A stretch of 63,999 bases of DNA, counting the filler, from Choristocarpus tenellus KU-1152 (lineage: Eukaryota > Protista > Phaeophyceae), in NCBI GenBank assembly GCA_964200185.2. It is 11 parts of 11 records of this genome, joined end to end, with 100 filler letters (N's around TTAATTAATTAA, not from the genome) between each part and the next. Parts side by side here need not be neighbours in the genome. Positions count along the whole stretch, not along the records: positions 1 to 25,580 come from CAXNAD020000185.1; 10 more parts are not named here. One strand, written 5' to 3'. The translations under genes and the position numbers were made by a program. This document shows positions 11,401-24,799 of the stretch, one piece after another. Numbering within the stretch: position 1 is the first letter of the stretch; every line of letters begins with the position of its first letter. Under the pieces are notes generated by a model. The model was not told where the DNA came from and searched no databases. It was given only the letters and a program-made list of their open reading frames with translations.

Positions 11401-14400
11401 AGAGCACCTGGTTGGCATTTTTGCAGATGAAATGCAAGAGCTCGACACAGACAACTATTTGGGGTTACTCTCCAGTTGTGAGTAAAAATGCATTGAAAAT
11501 ATGCAAAAGTGTACAAACGAGGGGGATGCTCAGCCAACCAGATTCACCTCAAAACAAGTGGTGTCCCTACCAATCATGTCCAAAGAGCGAGCATCCAAAA
11601 AACGTCACCAGGGTAAACTTGCAACAGATACATCAGTCATCAGTCAGCTATTACTTGCTGAAGAGTTCTACCCAGTCAGTTTAGACCCCCAAATGGGGGT
11701 TACTACCTATTGCTACAGGAGCGATAGTATTGTGGAAGTAGAGGCAATCTGTTCAAAAACGAAATAAATTTAGAAATCGGTAGACAATATATTTATGGGT
11801 TCTGTACTTTGGGATCACAAATAAAAGAGTATCGCAAAGCTCCTGTACTTTCACGTTGTTAGTGGTGAGAATCAAGTGTATGTTTAAGAGTACAAGTCCA
11901 ATGGATAAAAAAATTCTATGTACTTGATCATAATCTAGTTGCGCACGAATTGCCAAGCACTGCAGGGCTCCATGAGCAGATTGTGCATACCTATGAAAAA
12001 TGAACCAATTAAAAACTACTCCTCTATTACCGGTTGCAAACCATTCAAGTTATGATTTAATCGACTAGAGCAATCCAGTTCACAATACTGTGTATCAATA
12101 TTGTCTCAATCCTTGCGTAGTATACCTGAATCAGAGCAGAGGAAATATGCAGATCAATCCTCTTTCTTCTGGAAATAGTGTGCAGGGAGTGTGGGGGTGA
12201 GGTAGACTAAAATTGAAGGGTTGGCAAGTGGATTTAAATTAGAAAGCAATTGGGAGTTTTCCAGCAGCTAATGAACATACCTCAGTGCAGGAGCCATGCT
12301 TTGACACTATTGGTTGGGTTCATCAGAGGTTCATGATGTTGAACATTTGATTGGATAAGTTCAAAATCCGATTTAACTATCTAGGGGGATCTGTGCTCAT
12401 ATAAATTTGAGATCCCACCAGAAATTTAGTGCCCTCAATATACTATTGACTAATGGCTTTCTAGTTTGTTTTCTGATTTTAAAGCTTAGAGAGAGAACAA
12501 AACAAAAACAGGCAGAGTGTAAAAAGGGCAGGACAGTGGGTACAAAATCTTTCTTGGGTGGTGAACCAATTAATCAATGTGTATGGGGTGAGGGAGTGAG
12601 GTAGTCTGAAGTTTGGTTAAAGGATATTCAGTTTGATATTGTTTGGTGAAAGTGATCAATAGTATATGCAATATACCCTAGTATTTGTCGTATCTACTCT
12701 AGATTGAAGGTGTGCTAACGGTTGTAATAACTGCCAGCAAAAGAAATTAATATGTGAAAAATACACAAGCTTTTTATAGCAAACATACACAAGAGGGATA
12801 CCAGCCAGTCACCTTCAATTCAAGAACAAAACTGGCACATCTCATCAATATTACACTCAACATGTTACGCCCGTAACAGCCCAGACAAAAAAGGTGCATA
12901 GGATACAAATAGTAATGCTCCAATCTAAAACATACTCCAGGGTATATAACATATGTTATATCTCATGTCACTTGAGTCAGAGTGTAACACCTAGCAGAAT
13001 ATGGGTATTGACACTCAGTCCAAAACATGCAAAACAAACGCCACACCTCATAGCAATTCTGTCCAAAATAAATGTATTTCATGTCTCCTAGCATGCAAGT
13101 CCACAACATATGAGCATATGTTGTGCCCATAACATTTAGCAAAAAGCCATATCATTGTGTGATAAAGCATAATGTTGTCTAAAGTGTACTGAAATCAAGT
13201 ATGATAAAGTATGATAAAGTATGATAAAGTATAATGTACCAGTACCAAGAAATACTAAAATAAAAATATATAGAACAATGCAACCTCACGGTAAGGTTGA
13301 AAAATATTTCTGTTCAAACCTATGAGGTCCATGCTGTTTAACACTGTCTACAAACCATAGCCAACATATTGAGGCCTGGTGGATGGAAAGGAAGAAGCAG
13401 AGATATCTTCTCCTATCTCTGGAGGTTTGGGCTGGGGCAGGAGTCTCTCTTATCAAGTGACTTGTGTCGTATAGCCAGCCCCACTGAGTGCTGTGAGGAT
13501 GGACATGATGACCTCCATGCCTTTATACAATCAGTTGGCCTCTCTAGCACTGAGCGCAACCATGCACTGTGAATGCACAAATGCTTTGCACAACTATTTC
13601 CCTAGGATAGGTGATCGAGAGGTATATGACTGAGGCTGTTTATTCTATACTATCTTGTGAAGTATACATATACAAATAGCGTCAAATACTGAACTATAAA
13701 TTTCCTCTGTTCAGCACCAGTTCGAACAGTTTGTGGGGCAGCTATAAATGCAGAAGGTGGAATCAACTTTTTGATGTTTTTTGTAGGGGTATAGTAAAAC
13801 ACATTTTGAGGTTAACCGAAATTCTTGACGAAATCCGGTTTCCCTATTCTACTCTGTCTGCTGTGAAGCTGCAATAAATTCCTTCCCGATGTGGAACAAA
13901 ACCCCCAAAAGAGGAAGTGACTGCAACCCTGCAAACTGTTTTCAACTGATGCTGACAAAAGAGGAAGTGTTACTTTTGGGGGTTCCACGAATGCCGCAAA
14001 GCAGGGACTCATTAAACTATCTTTTAAAAATAAAATGTACTTGCCTAAGAAATTTCCGTAAAATTTCTCTCCTTTATGCACCCTCCTTGGGAAGGAGGGG
14101 GGGGGCTTACCTATGTGTTCCAAATTCCCACTCTGCGGGCCCATAGTTAGGTGGATCATGTAACACAAATAGAGCAAAACACTACTGTCAGACTTGGGTT
14201 GTTTCCAATTGTCGATGCCCTTTCAGACCAATATGATGTCATTTTAGGATGAGTTATGACATTAATGGAAAAAAGAGCCCTATTCTTAAATAATCAATAA
14301 TTAAGACTGGACTTGAAATCATCTCATCAAGGAGGGTCAACTTGATCTTTAACATCTTGCAATTCCAAATACTTTGTGACATGCCGCTTTCCACGCAATG

Positions 14401-17400
14401 AAAAAAACTTTGTTGTATGTACCATATTTACAAGGATTTAGCAAATTTGCTTGGGGTTCCTATACTTCTATATAAATTTTATTTTTTAAATGCACTACCC
14501 ACTTTGCCATGTCTTCAAATCTAATGCAACTGTTGAAAGAAGCAGTGTATTTAGTGTAATTTGAAGCTTCAATCCTATCTGTAACACATAAATCTAACCC
14601 TCACCTTTGCTGCAGCAATATGATCCCTACCCTGATAATAAAATTGCAACTAATGTCTGCTGCCTTCATTTGCCAACTGACATTGCAATTGTTGATGCTG
14701 GACATTACTGCACCTTCATTTTAGCTTATCTGAAACCTTGCCACAAGCAATGCATCCCATTCAGTCTCACCTCTGTGAGCTTGCTCTTCAACTTCTTGAG
14801 TGTGAGAATTAGCTCATTCTGATCAACAAAACCGCTTCCATCAATGTCCATAGCATCAAAGGACTCCCTAAGCTTGTGGTCGGAAAAGGGACCTGTAGCA
14901 AGTCCTGGCCACAACCGAAGCATCTCATGCCTACATAAACAAAAGAGAGGCACTTATTCATGTTGCTGTAGTTGGAGTGGGCTACTCACAGACTGAATTT
15001 TAAAAATCGCCTGTTGAGAAGATTGAATGCCCTAACAATAAATCCATGTTGTACTGTTCCAAACGTTCATTTCTTATGCATGCAATGACAATGCATGCAA
15101 TGACTGTATACTGAGAACAAGCAACACTGGCAAGGCATGCCTTTGAAGTGTGTGTGAGAGTGTGTGTGCATGACTTTGAGAAAACCCATTGCCTGAAATC
15201 AGCAAAATCAGTACACAAAATACCAAGTGCTGATCGTCTAACACATGCCAATTCAAATGTTTAGATGAGCAATTTCCAACATACTCTACAGTATGTGAGG
15301 AATATCGAATTGGGCAGCCAGTATCCCTGGAGTACACGTCAGAGCTAATAATAGGACACATTGATTTCCTACAATCCCCCAGCCCCCACCACTGCTCTTC
15401 CCATTTGATGCAAAATTCAATTGGTACCAACTATTGCACAGCAAAAATAACCTATGAACTCAAAATTTAATTGATATATATATATGTATATATTTGTAGC
15501 AATAATATCATTACCATTCTAACTCTTGTAATAGTTTGCCATTCCCACCTGAAGAGTCTTGTCCTCAGGATAAGATGCATAGAGTGGGAGAAGTTCTGGG
15601 AATGGCCAAGCATCCGAACAAAGTCATCTCCGTGGATCTCATTAACAATGCAGCATTCCCCCCTGACATTTGTTGGCCTTGATTCTACCTCCTTCCCAAC
15701 AGTTGCTGCATTGACTGCGAACTCAGAACCTGCTGGTCCCTCAACACCTACCCCTACACTCCCCCCAGAACTAGTCACAGGCCCATTTGCACCCTCCACC
15801 ATCTGCTCCCCATATCCAACCTCTGTAGTCTGAGGTCGATGCAACTCCAAAGTATGACCCCTGCCAATCAAGGTTTGGCTAGGGATATCAGCAGAAGCTG
15901 ATGGAGGGGAAGGTCGATGGGGCATGACAGTATTTGAACACCTCACTGTCGCGTTCCTGGGTTGTCGGAGCATGAGGGCCATCTCTCCAAAAACATCGCC
16001 AGGGCTGATAAGATATGGGAAGTAAAGGGAAAGAAGAATGGTGGAGTAGAGAGGGGATCAGGAAGGGCAGTCATTGAGCATGTTCAGTGAACTGGGAGGC
16101 AAGAGGTGCAATGAGAGATGACTGAATGATGTGAGCCATCAGAGAACAACAATTAAAATATTGGCCACATCCTGGAACATTCTACACTCTGCCTCCATTC
16201 CAAGTGCCAAACATTTAGAAAATTACGTTTTGATCTGGAAAGTTGTAGGGGCACACATCTGAGAGGTTACTCCCTCAACCACTTACGTCACATGTATGTT
16301 CAAGGCCACACACTAATCACTATTCACTAAAGAGGGAAGCGTTAGTACTAGTAGTCTGGTTGGAATTAGGACTTGAAACAAGGACCATGATGACGACTCC
16401 GACGAAAGGATTCTGAGTCCTTTTTCAAAAATTGATTGTATGAAAAAGTGAGACGTTATTGGCCATAATTGTTCAGAGTTTGTTCTGAAATGACATCACA
16501 CCAATTGGAATTGACCTGAGATCTCTGATGATACATTGGTTCATGTGCACAGCGCGATCTATCTCCAGGAAAAAATCTGTAGGTGATCAATAATGTTATG
16601 CTTCATAATGTTATGCTTCATGGGCCGTGGAGGCAATAATACATAAACAGAACCGCGCCAAGTTCATCTTCAAGCCCCAAAACACCAAAAGCACCAAATG
16701 GCCTCACCACAGGTTGTTACAAAGGGACACAGAGTGACTCAGAGGGGTTGTTCAGAGCAGAATTTCTGCACCACATTTGATCAAGAACAAGAATTTCCCT
16801 GACAATAAAAAAAATAATGATGCCAAAGAGACATTTCTTAGCTTTCCAAAACCAGTCTTGTATAGGAGATTGAAGGTTTAGTTTCCCATACTAAGACCTA
16901 ACAAATAACCTTCCACTGAACTCATCTGTGACACGCTTTACCATTTTTCTCTGCCAGCATTGAGAATTTTTATTCATTCTAGTTTCTTGAAGAAACTGTG
17001 ACATTTGCGCCTTAAAGAGCTCAATCAGGATTTGGACTCAACTTGTTTCTGAATAGTTCTTGGCCTGACAAAAAATCAACAGTGGTGGATGATTGCTTAT
17101 CTTGCAATCACAGAAATTCATAAAAAAAAATGGATTCATCATCTTGTTCGGCTGAGTTAGAACTTTCTATTGGAAATTTGGTCTATGTACATAATATCAT
17201 AAGGAAAAACTGGATATATGGTGGCTGGATTCATGTGAATATTGTGTTGCCTGGACTGGACTATGTGCCCTCATGTAAATTCGTATCGCCAAAAACTACC
17301 AAAGAGCAATGAAATATGGTACCTTTACCCTAGGCATTTATCTGCTTTGCTGATCTCCTCTATTTGCCCTCTTTTACCTTAGCGTGGCTACCTTCACCTC

Positions 17401-20400
17401 CTGTTCTCCAGGATGCTCCACCAGAACATCCAAGCTGCCCTGTGAGGTTTGTTATATTAATGACATAAACCACAAACCAGTATGTTAATCGCAGCATATC
17501 TCTGTTGCTTTTGCAGTGCATGTGCAGTCACCAATGATAGTGAATGATAACTTCATTGGCACTCTTATCGCTGGTTAGTGTGATCTGGTTAGTGTGATCT
17601 GGTTAGTGTGATCTGTTAGTGTGATCGATGAAGTACAGGAATATTTTAGGTTTGTAGACCTGCCCACCCTTGTTATGTTCTAGGCTACACACTAATCACT
17701 ATTCACTAAAGAGGGAAAAAGGTTGTGGTATGAGAGGCAACGTACCAGGGCTGGTTCTTGCAGACGTAATGAGATCTAAGGACTGCATTGCTCTAGAGGC
17801 AATAACAGCTAAATGAAGGGCACTGTAGTATGTCACAAGTTTCGCAATGATGCAGCGTTCTATGTCAGTTACGATAAAAGAAAGGTAATCTTGTGGAGGC
17901 TACATGAGCGCCTAGTGCACTACTCTAAACTATGAGGCAGTCATCTACTGTGTACATAGCGAGTGACATATCTACATATTACAACAATGTAACAAAAACA
18001 TATTTCTATAGCAGTTTCATACACTTACCAAGATTCATCTATGACAGATTCATCAACGGGTTGCAGGTTCAAATCAAATCAAATCAAATCAAATCAAATC
18101 CTAGCAATGACAGCCATCACCTGCACCAGGTATGGCATTTCCAACAAAGACTGCCCACTGTGAAACCACCCAACATCCCCAACTCACTCCTACCTGAAAC
18201 ACATATCAACCTGTACACCTTGCCCTACAAAATATGCAGTCAGCAGCAAATTTTCACTTGGTATATATACAGTACCCTCAGCAAACCACCAAAAAAAGGC
18301 AGACCACTTAATACCAGTACGAAAGATATATAATGGAAGATCAAACTTGCCTTACACTACTTGAAAAACAAAAACTAGGAGCCTATTCCAGATAGACATA
18401 GAGCTCACATGTGGGCAAATGGAAGAGCATAACATTGTGGTCATTCCACAAACAGAAACTCCTAATCACAAGTACAACTATCATGTGGACCAGTACTACA
18501 TCAAGTCAATTGGGGAGGAATTTACTCTGTCACTACCTTCTAAAGGTCTTAGCTACTCTAATTTGGCACAGCTCACAACAGTTAATGAGTGTCATCCCAT
18601 GCATACACATTACTCAAATACCAGCCCCCCCCCCCCTCAAAGCTCTGAAGGCAATTAATTATCTACTCCCCCTTCCCCCACTGATGTATTCCTTCTTTCT
18701 CCACCAAGGTGGGCTGGGAGGGGGGAGTAAATAAATCCACATGGATTATCACAGCAATAGAGTGATGTCAAGGTTAGGATTAGGGATAAGGTTGATTGGG
18801 GTGAGGACTAATTTGCTACAATACTACTGGGGAAGCCTAAGAGCAAAAACTGGTAGTTTACATATGTGTTTGTGAGGGCAGTGTTCCATGAGATGACATC
18901 GAACAAGACACTGAAGTTAATGTAAGTTAACTGTACTGAGTGCACCAGTCTGCATCATGTGCCATTTTGCAGCATTCATGAGGCAGGTTCATGCCTCTGG
19001 TTGTTAAATGCACCAGAAAACTGTATGCACTGCTAAAGATAATGTTTTCAATGGCCATAGACCCTACTATTTTTATCTGTATTTGTATCACACTGTGGAT
19101 ATTCATACCCTCAACCTAGTTAGTACAGCCCTACTAAATAAATTACATGAAGCTCATATAATGAAACAGAGTGGAGCAGGGCAGGGGCAGGGGGGTCTAG
19201 GCTGAGCTCAAGAATTGATAGTTCCCTGTCCACACCTTGGCCACAGTGTACATAGAAGATCCGACTTCTCCCTGAGTCACAACTGCCTCCCCTGGTAACA
19301 CCTGTCGCTGCAACACACCACCCACTGCTCTCAGAATAGACTTGGCTCGGCTCATCTCACGTAGAATAGACATCTAGTTTGATTTTTCAGCGGTTGTACC
19401 AATCAAATGCAGGTACTGCTTGGGTTTTCAAAGCTAAATCCAGATGTGATGCTTGCATATGTCAATACTTTTGCATGAATAGTGTGGGATGAGATGGGAT
19501 GGCACCACCTCAGATAGTAAAACCACACTTCTCATGCTCCAGGAACGACCTGCAAGTATTGCAACACTTTGACCTGATGCTATCAAATACACCACCTTAA
19601 GAAAAGAGAAATCAATATCTCGTACATTCTCCCAATCTATTGGACCAAATACAAAGACCGATGGTGCTATAACCCCGAAAAAATACCCTAACCCTAACCA
19701 TGCTGAAATTTGATTGGCCCTTAAAAAAATGTGAGATCAAAACTCAAAGTATTTGTGGGGGGGAAGAGAACTGGACAGTCTTTGGATATTCTTAAAAGCA
19801 TGCAACATCTCCACCAAAAATAGGTGCATTGGAATTTCTCAAGAAAAGAACACATATAAACCTATCAACAGGCTCCACCCAATCGGTTAAATTTTCTATC
19901 CAACTGCAGACAGAGTGAGAAATACCATACAGGTGCCAGTGCTTGAAAATAAATAGTTTTTTTGTGAAGGGTTTACCGATATAGACAATGAAAAACCATA
20001 CCTCCCTTAGGTTGGCGGAGGCGGACTTGCTTCCTTTCATCATTCGCTGCAGGCTGTCCTTTCCAATACGAATCACCTGGTTTAATTTAGTCACTATAAA
20101 GTATTAGTATGAAGTTGAGGATTGATGCATTCTATTAGCTCAATGTGGATTTCATCTAGAATTTGGTGTCCTTCCCAATGCAAACAACCTGGTTTGACTA
20201 GTTTCTAAAATATTCTGTTTTCGTTTAGTTTTATTGCCATGCCAAATGCATGGGGAGGGGTAATGCGGAGAGGTTGAAGGTGGACCAATCCTACTGAATA
20301 TACTCAACCCTGCATATTGGCTACACTATTGGCTACATTCTATTGGTCTATTGGTGCGAATGTTGCTCCTCGTGTTTACAGCCCTACAGCACAGCCCTGG

Positions 20401-23400
20401 TATATATCTTCACCTCATGTTTTTTTTCTGTGGGTTGTACAACGCACACAAGAGGTGAAGGGGCTTAGGACTAGGTCCAGACATTGTCTCTCACTTATGT
20501 CCTTCCAGTAAGTATGAGAAATGCATTTCCCCTTACACCATCAATCTTTCCTTTTCGACAATTGTACCATTTTGTTTTTCATTTTGCCAACCACTTACTC
20601 TTGTGCATTGGCAATCTCTCAAGTTACACTATAATGTGAAAGCTGTGCAATGGTGTGTTCTGGATGGTCCAAAGTATACATATGTGTTGGTAAGCCTAGA
20701 AAAGCACTGACCTTGTCCTTAATCTCAGCCAAAGCAAATCCTTAACCCTACCCATAACATGAACCATATTCCTGATTCTAAGCTAGCTCCTGACTCTTGC
20801 TTACCCCCCGCCCCCCCCCCATTTTATTTGGTTATGAAAGGTCACATGAACTGCGGCAAGTCAACCCTTGTGAATGCCTTGGCTTGGCTGCACCCCTCGA
20901 GGGGTCTTACCTCTTGTTTGGGGAGGGCTGGGTGGACATTTTGGGGACTTTTATCAGATAGGAAAGAAGCTTCCCGTGCTGGCCCTGGTGAGCTTTGTTT
21001 GTTTTTGTTTGTGGTTGAGTTTCAAACTCCATACCTTCAACCCCAAGCATACCCAAACCCTCCCCAAACTCCATACCTTCAATCCTAATTCTCATGCCTT
21101 GAACTGTCTGCATAGTTGCCATATGTTTCAAAACCTAAAGGTATCAACCCTGACGAGAATCCTGAACCTAAAGCTGACTCTGATAAGCATGCAATCATAA
21201 TTAACCCAACCAGAAATCCCAGCATTCATCCCCAATCCCTAAATCCTGTTTTAACCCCCTTGAATAATGCCTTCAAACCTCTCAACTATATTCCATGGTT
21301 CAGTATCTCACCTGTCAACCTGTCCACTGCAATTTATGTCCAAGAGTGCACAGGATTTGTTTGATTCTAGCCTAGGGTTTGGACGGACACATCTCAGTTA
21401 GTAGATGTGTACAACTGGGAGCATAAGGAGCACCAAAGGGTCCCGCAAACACAACAGAATCCCCAACTATATTCCTAACCCTAGCCCGGTGTCCCCAAGA
21501 AAAGCCTTACCCTTGACCTAAGCCGTGACCTTATCCTTAAGCCCAAGCCTCCCCCATGGCAAATACTTAATCCTAAACAAAATTGCCCAAGGAAAATGTT
21601 GATCTCTACCTTTCGTTATTGCAATTACGATTTTCCCTTACTCAAACCTTAACCCCCCCCCCCCTGAAGCAACATCTTCAACTCCAACTGAACGTGTCCC
21701 TAACCCTAACCCGCAAAACCTACTCTCAACCTCCAACACCAACTTCCACCAAATAATTAACAGGAAAAAATAACGATTGACACCATCAAAGAGGGAACAG
21801 CCATCAACTTTCAAGGGACCCTACAATGCCTTGTACTACATGTGCTTGGAGCACTGTGAAGGACAGGTTTTGTTAACAATGCCTTCTACAGTCATTCTTC
21901 TCTTCTACAGTCACACCCTCCTAGCGGAGGTTGACTGCATTTGATGCATGGAAACTGGGTATATTGCACAAAATTCAAAGGACTTCGCACTAAAAAGGTC
22001 CAAATTGATCCCTCTTCTGGGTGATTTTGCTCTTTCATGGTTAACCCCAAACCTACCCTCCTAGCAAGAGCACATTATATCCTGCTCCTAAGTCAAATCT
22101 TCAATTCTATAGCACTGAATCCTACCAGAAGCAAGAACCTAGGAAGCCTGACCCTACACTAGCCCTATTAATCCCATATTTTTACCCCTAGGTAAAACCC
22201 AGGCGATATCCCCGATCGGCTTGCCTGCACAGGTGTGATGCACCTAATGGAGGCACTCCTGGGCTGCTCCTCCAGCATTGAAGACTCTCCAAATATCTGG
22301 CCAGGCACTAGCGTTGTCAACATTGTTGGTGGTGCCCTGCTCCCTCCATCACCACTGTCCTTGAGAACCTCGACCTGCGCATTTATGTTAATCACAGAAC
22401 ATTAATTTCGTTATTACCATATGTTGAACAAAGAATGAAAACTGCACAAAAAAAAAAACATGCAAAGAAGAGGGTATACTGATCGAGGGAGAATGGTTGA
22501 TACTCTTGAATACTAATATCAAGAGCAAATACTAAGAGTGGAAATTAAAGACCTGCCCTTGAGAACGTCCACTACCTCACTCATTGCTACTTAAATGTTC
22601 AATTTCATTGGTGGGGGAATTCACACAACATCTGCATGCTTTTAGTGCTTTGGGGGCTGCATTGGGGACACCCTGTGTATCCCTTGTGAAAGGCCACACA
22701 AAAAGAGCACTGTTCCAGATACTGTCACTACAAGGGGGGGAAAGTTCACCACATGTATAGGAGGGGCACGCACTGTACACCCCCTACCTTGTCTGGAATT
22801 GTTAAGGGGCAGGCACACAGTTCTCAGTATTGTTTGAAATGAAGATTTTTCTTGTCTTCTTGAAGAAAATATCTGGAAGCTCTTAGTACAGTGCTAATGC
22901 GGCTGCTGCACTACTGATTCAAACAACATACCAAAAAAATAAATACTCTGAGAGACATTTCTCAATTGAGGATGACCTCTTATCACCACAAAGGGTAGAT
23001 TTAGGGCCAGGGGTAGGGATAGTGTCTAGAACATCTCATTTTCGCCCTCCTGTAGCTACTGCTGCAAGCAAAAGCCATTAATTAGGAATGAAGATGCTAT
23101 TATAGGTCAATCTATGGGTAAATGTTTGGGTTAGGGCAGGAGGATCAAGGCTGGGAATTGGATTACAAATATGTAGTATAGAGTTAGGACTACTCCAGAC
23201 AGACAAATGATACACCTTACATGGGCTCACCTTTCCACTGTTGATAATATACATAAAGTCAGGGCTGTCTCCCTCCCGAAAAATGAAATCTCCTCTTCCA
23301 AAAGAGGCAGAATCCAGAGCTGACATCATCTCTTCAAAACTGTGGCAAAGAAAGGGAGCACATTGCCAGTATAAATATTTGACATTGCCATTGCAATAAA

Positions 23401-24117
23401 ATCACGTTTTCAATTTTTTCCAATGAGAAAAAGATATTTGTAGAACTTTTGACCAAAATGGTGAAGAAGTGCTGACACTTTGTAAGTGACACTTTGTGGC
23501 ACTTGACAGTGTAAGTTGTACAGAGGACATATTTGCCTCTTCATGATAAAAATTAGTAGATCAGAGTTTCTAGGGAAAAAAGGCTTTTGCTGCTGTCCTG
23601 CTCTGTAATGTAGCACTGTAAAATATTGTGACCGGTTCAATTTTCAGAAATTGCCATCACCTTTTTTTTTCATATTTTGGGGGGTATAAGGACTTCTCTC
23701 TACACACAATGTCTTAATGAGAAAAAAAGAAGTGCTTCAGAGTGAAGAAGAGGCAAGTGATCAAGGGAGACTACTACACACTTAAGATTTTATCTATTGT
23801 AGGAGTCCTTTGAAGAAAATTCTTTCAGAGGGATTTCGCTTCTGGAAAAAATAACAACCCAAGAGGATTTCAACAAACTGTATCATCTAGAATTACTCTG
23901 AAGCAATATACAGGGGATAGGGAGAGGGAGGTGATTTTCTTCATGCTGCACCACATCCACCCACAACCTAGACAAACAACATATCTTATATCAAGACAAA
24001 GACAATCACAAAAAAAATAAAGCCTGTGAAGAAATACATACACCTCTCAAGGCCAACACCCTTGACTCCGCCGCCCCCAGCATTCTTGGTTAACGCCTGA
24101 TCAAGCTCTGCAGATTC
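8486..24117 (-). CDS. Tandem cyclic-nucleotide-binding (CNB/CAP) domain + two EF-hand protein; 5'-partial, 9 exons
   Basis: Phase-consistent exons: 24117-24044, 23339-23231, 22374-22225 (GC donor), 20076-20002, 19373-19236, 17439-17378, 16004-15549, 14930-14771, 8635-8486 (TGA). CNB-A: FGRGDFIFREGDSPDFMYIINSGKVEV...FGESSMLEEQPRSASIRC. CNB-B: PGEAVVTQGEVGSSMYTVAKGSLDV...FGEMALMLRQPRNATVRC. EF loops DIDGSGFVDQNE and DLSRDGVISFEE. Start codon not found in this contig. Confidence 0.9.
8880..9140 (+). mobile_element. MITE family A
   Basis: GAGTGAAAGTGTCTTAGAGGG ... CCCTCTAAGATACTTTGACTC; intronic in the CNB/EF-hand gene. Confidence 0.9.
10876..11430. repeat. Degenerate minisatellite, about 70-bp unit, 7-8 copies
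   Basis: Recurring tggttcatctcttagggcaagc...tcttcac(tac)cacaaggagc units. Confidence 0.75.
17570..17625. repeat. 14-bp tandem repeat (CTGGTTAGTGTGAT) x4
   Basis: Directly visible. Confidence 0.9.
18069..18100. repeat. (TCAAA)n microsatellite
   Basis: Directly visible. Confidence 0.9.
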
Positions 24118-24799
24118 CTGAGAACATAGCACACAACACACATAATATGTGTCATCATAAAAGACTAGCACATAGGAGCATCATTGAAATAAGCATTGTA
24201 TGTTAACATCCACATTCGCTGATAGTGAAATACTAGGTACAAATGATAAGGCATGTAATCAGGAGTATTACATAGGCATGTTCTTTAGTGCAGACCATAC
24301 GGTTATTGTTCACTTCTCCACTGTTATGATCTCCAGTTACTACCCAATAAAAAAGAATGGAATGGTTCAAAGAAGAATATTCAAATGTGGTAGCAATAAT
24401 TCTGAATTCATACTGATGAATGCACCAAAGTTGATTGAAAATGAAACCAAAATGTTGGCAAATGCATTAAGCTAAACAAATTCGTGGCAAGGTAGGAACT
24501 GGTTGAGTACGGCTAATGTTAATAAGATTTTTATACTTGGTTAAGCACTGGCAAACTGGCCAATTAGGGACTGAAACTCCTCCATCTATGTTATACATAT
24601 TTTTCGAAAATTTTATTTAAACAATGTATCTGTGGCGTGCTGAAGTCATGGTGGTCATGGTGGTATATACTAAATTATGAGGTAGCGTAAGGCAAGAGGT
24701 CAGCACAACACTCTAGGGTGCCTAGGCTTCACCGGTGGAGATTATTGGGTCATTCAAACATTCACCCCTCTGAAATTACCTTGGAAGTGCAGTGCATCT

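Noticed and set aside
10876-11430. CRISPR-like array (also considered for 54967-55176)
   Set aside because: Whole units are degenerate copies with no invariant repeat plus unique spacer structure, no cas genes are present, and the context is eukaryotic.
17746-17808. Extra minus-strand exon (VIASRAMQSLDLITSARTSP) in the CNB gene
   Set aside because: Its open frame is phase-incompatible with the flanking phase-0 join, and CNB-B is already contiguous without it (TVAK|GSLDV).
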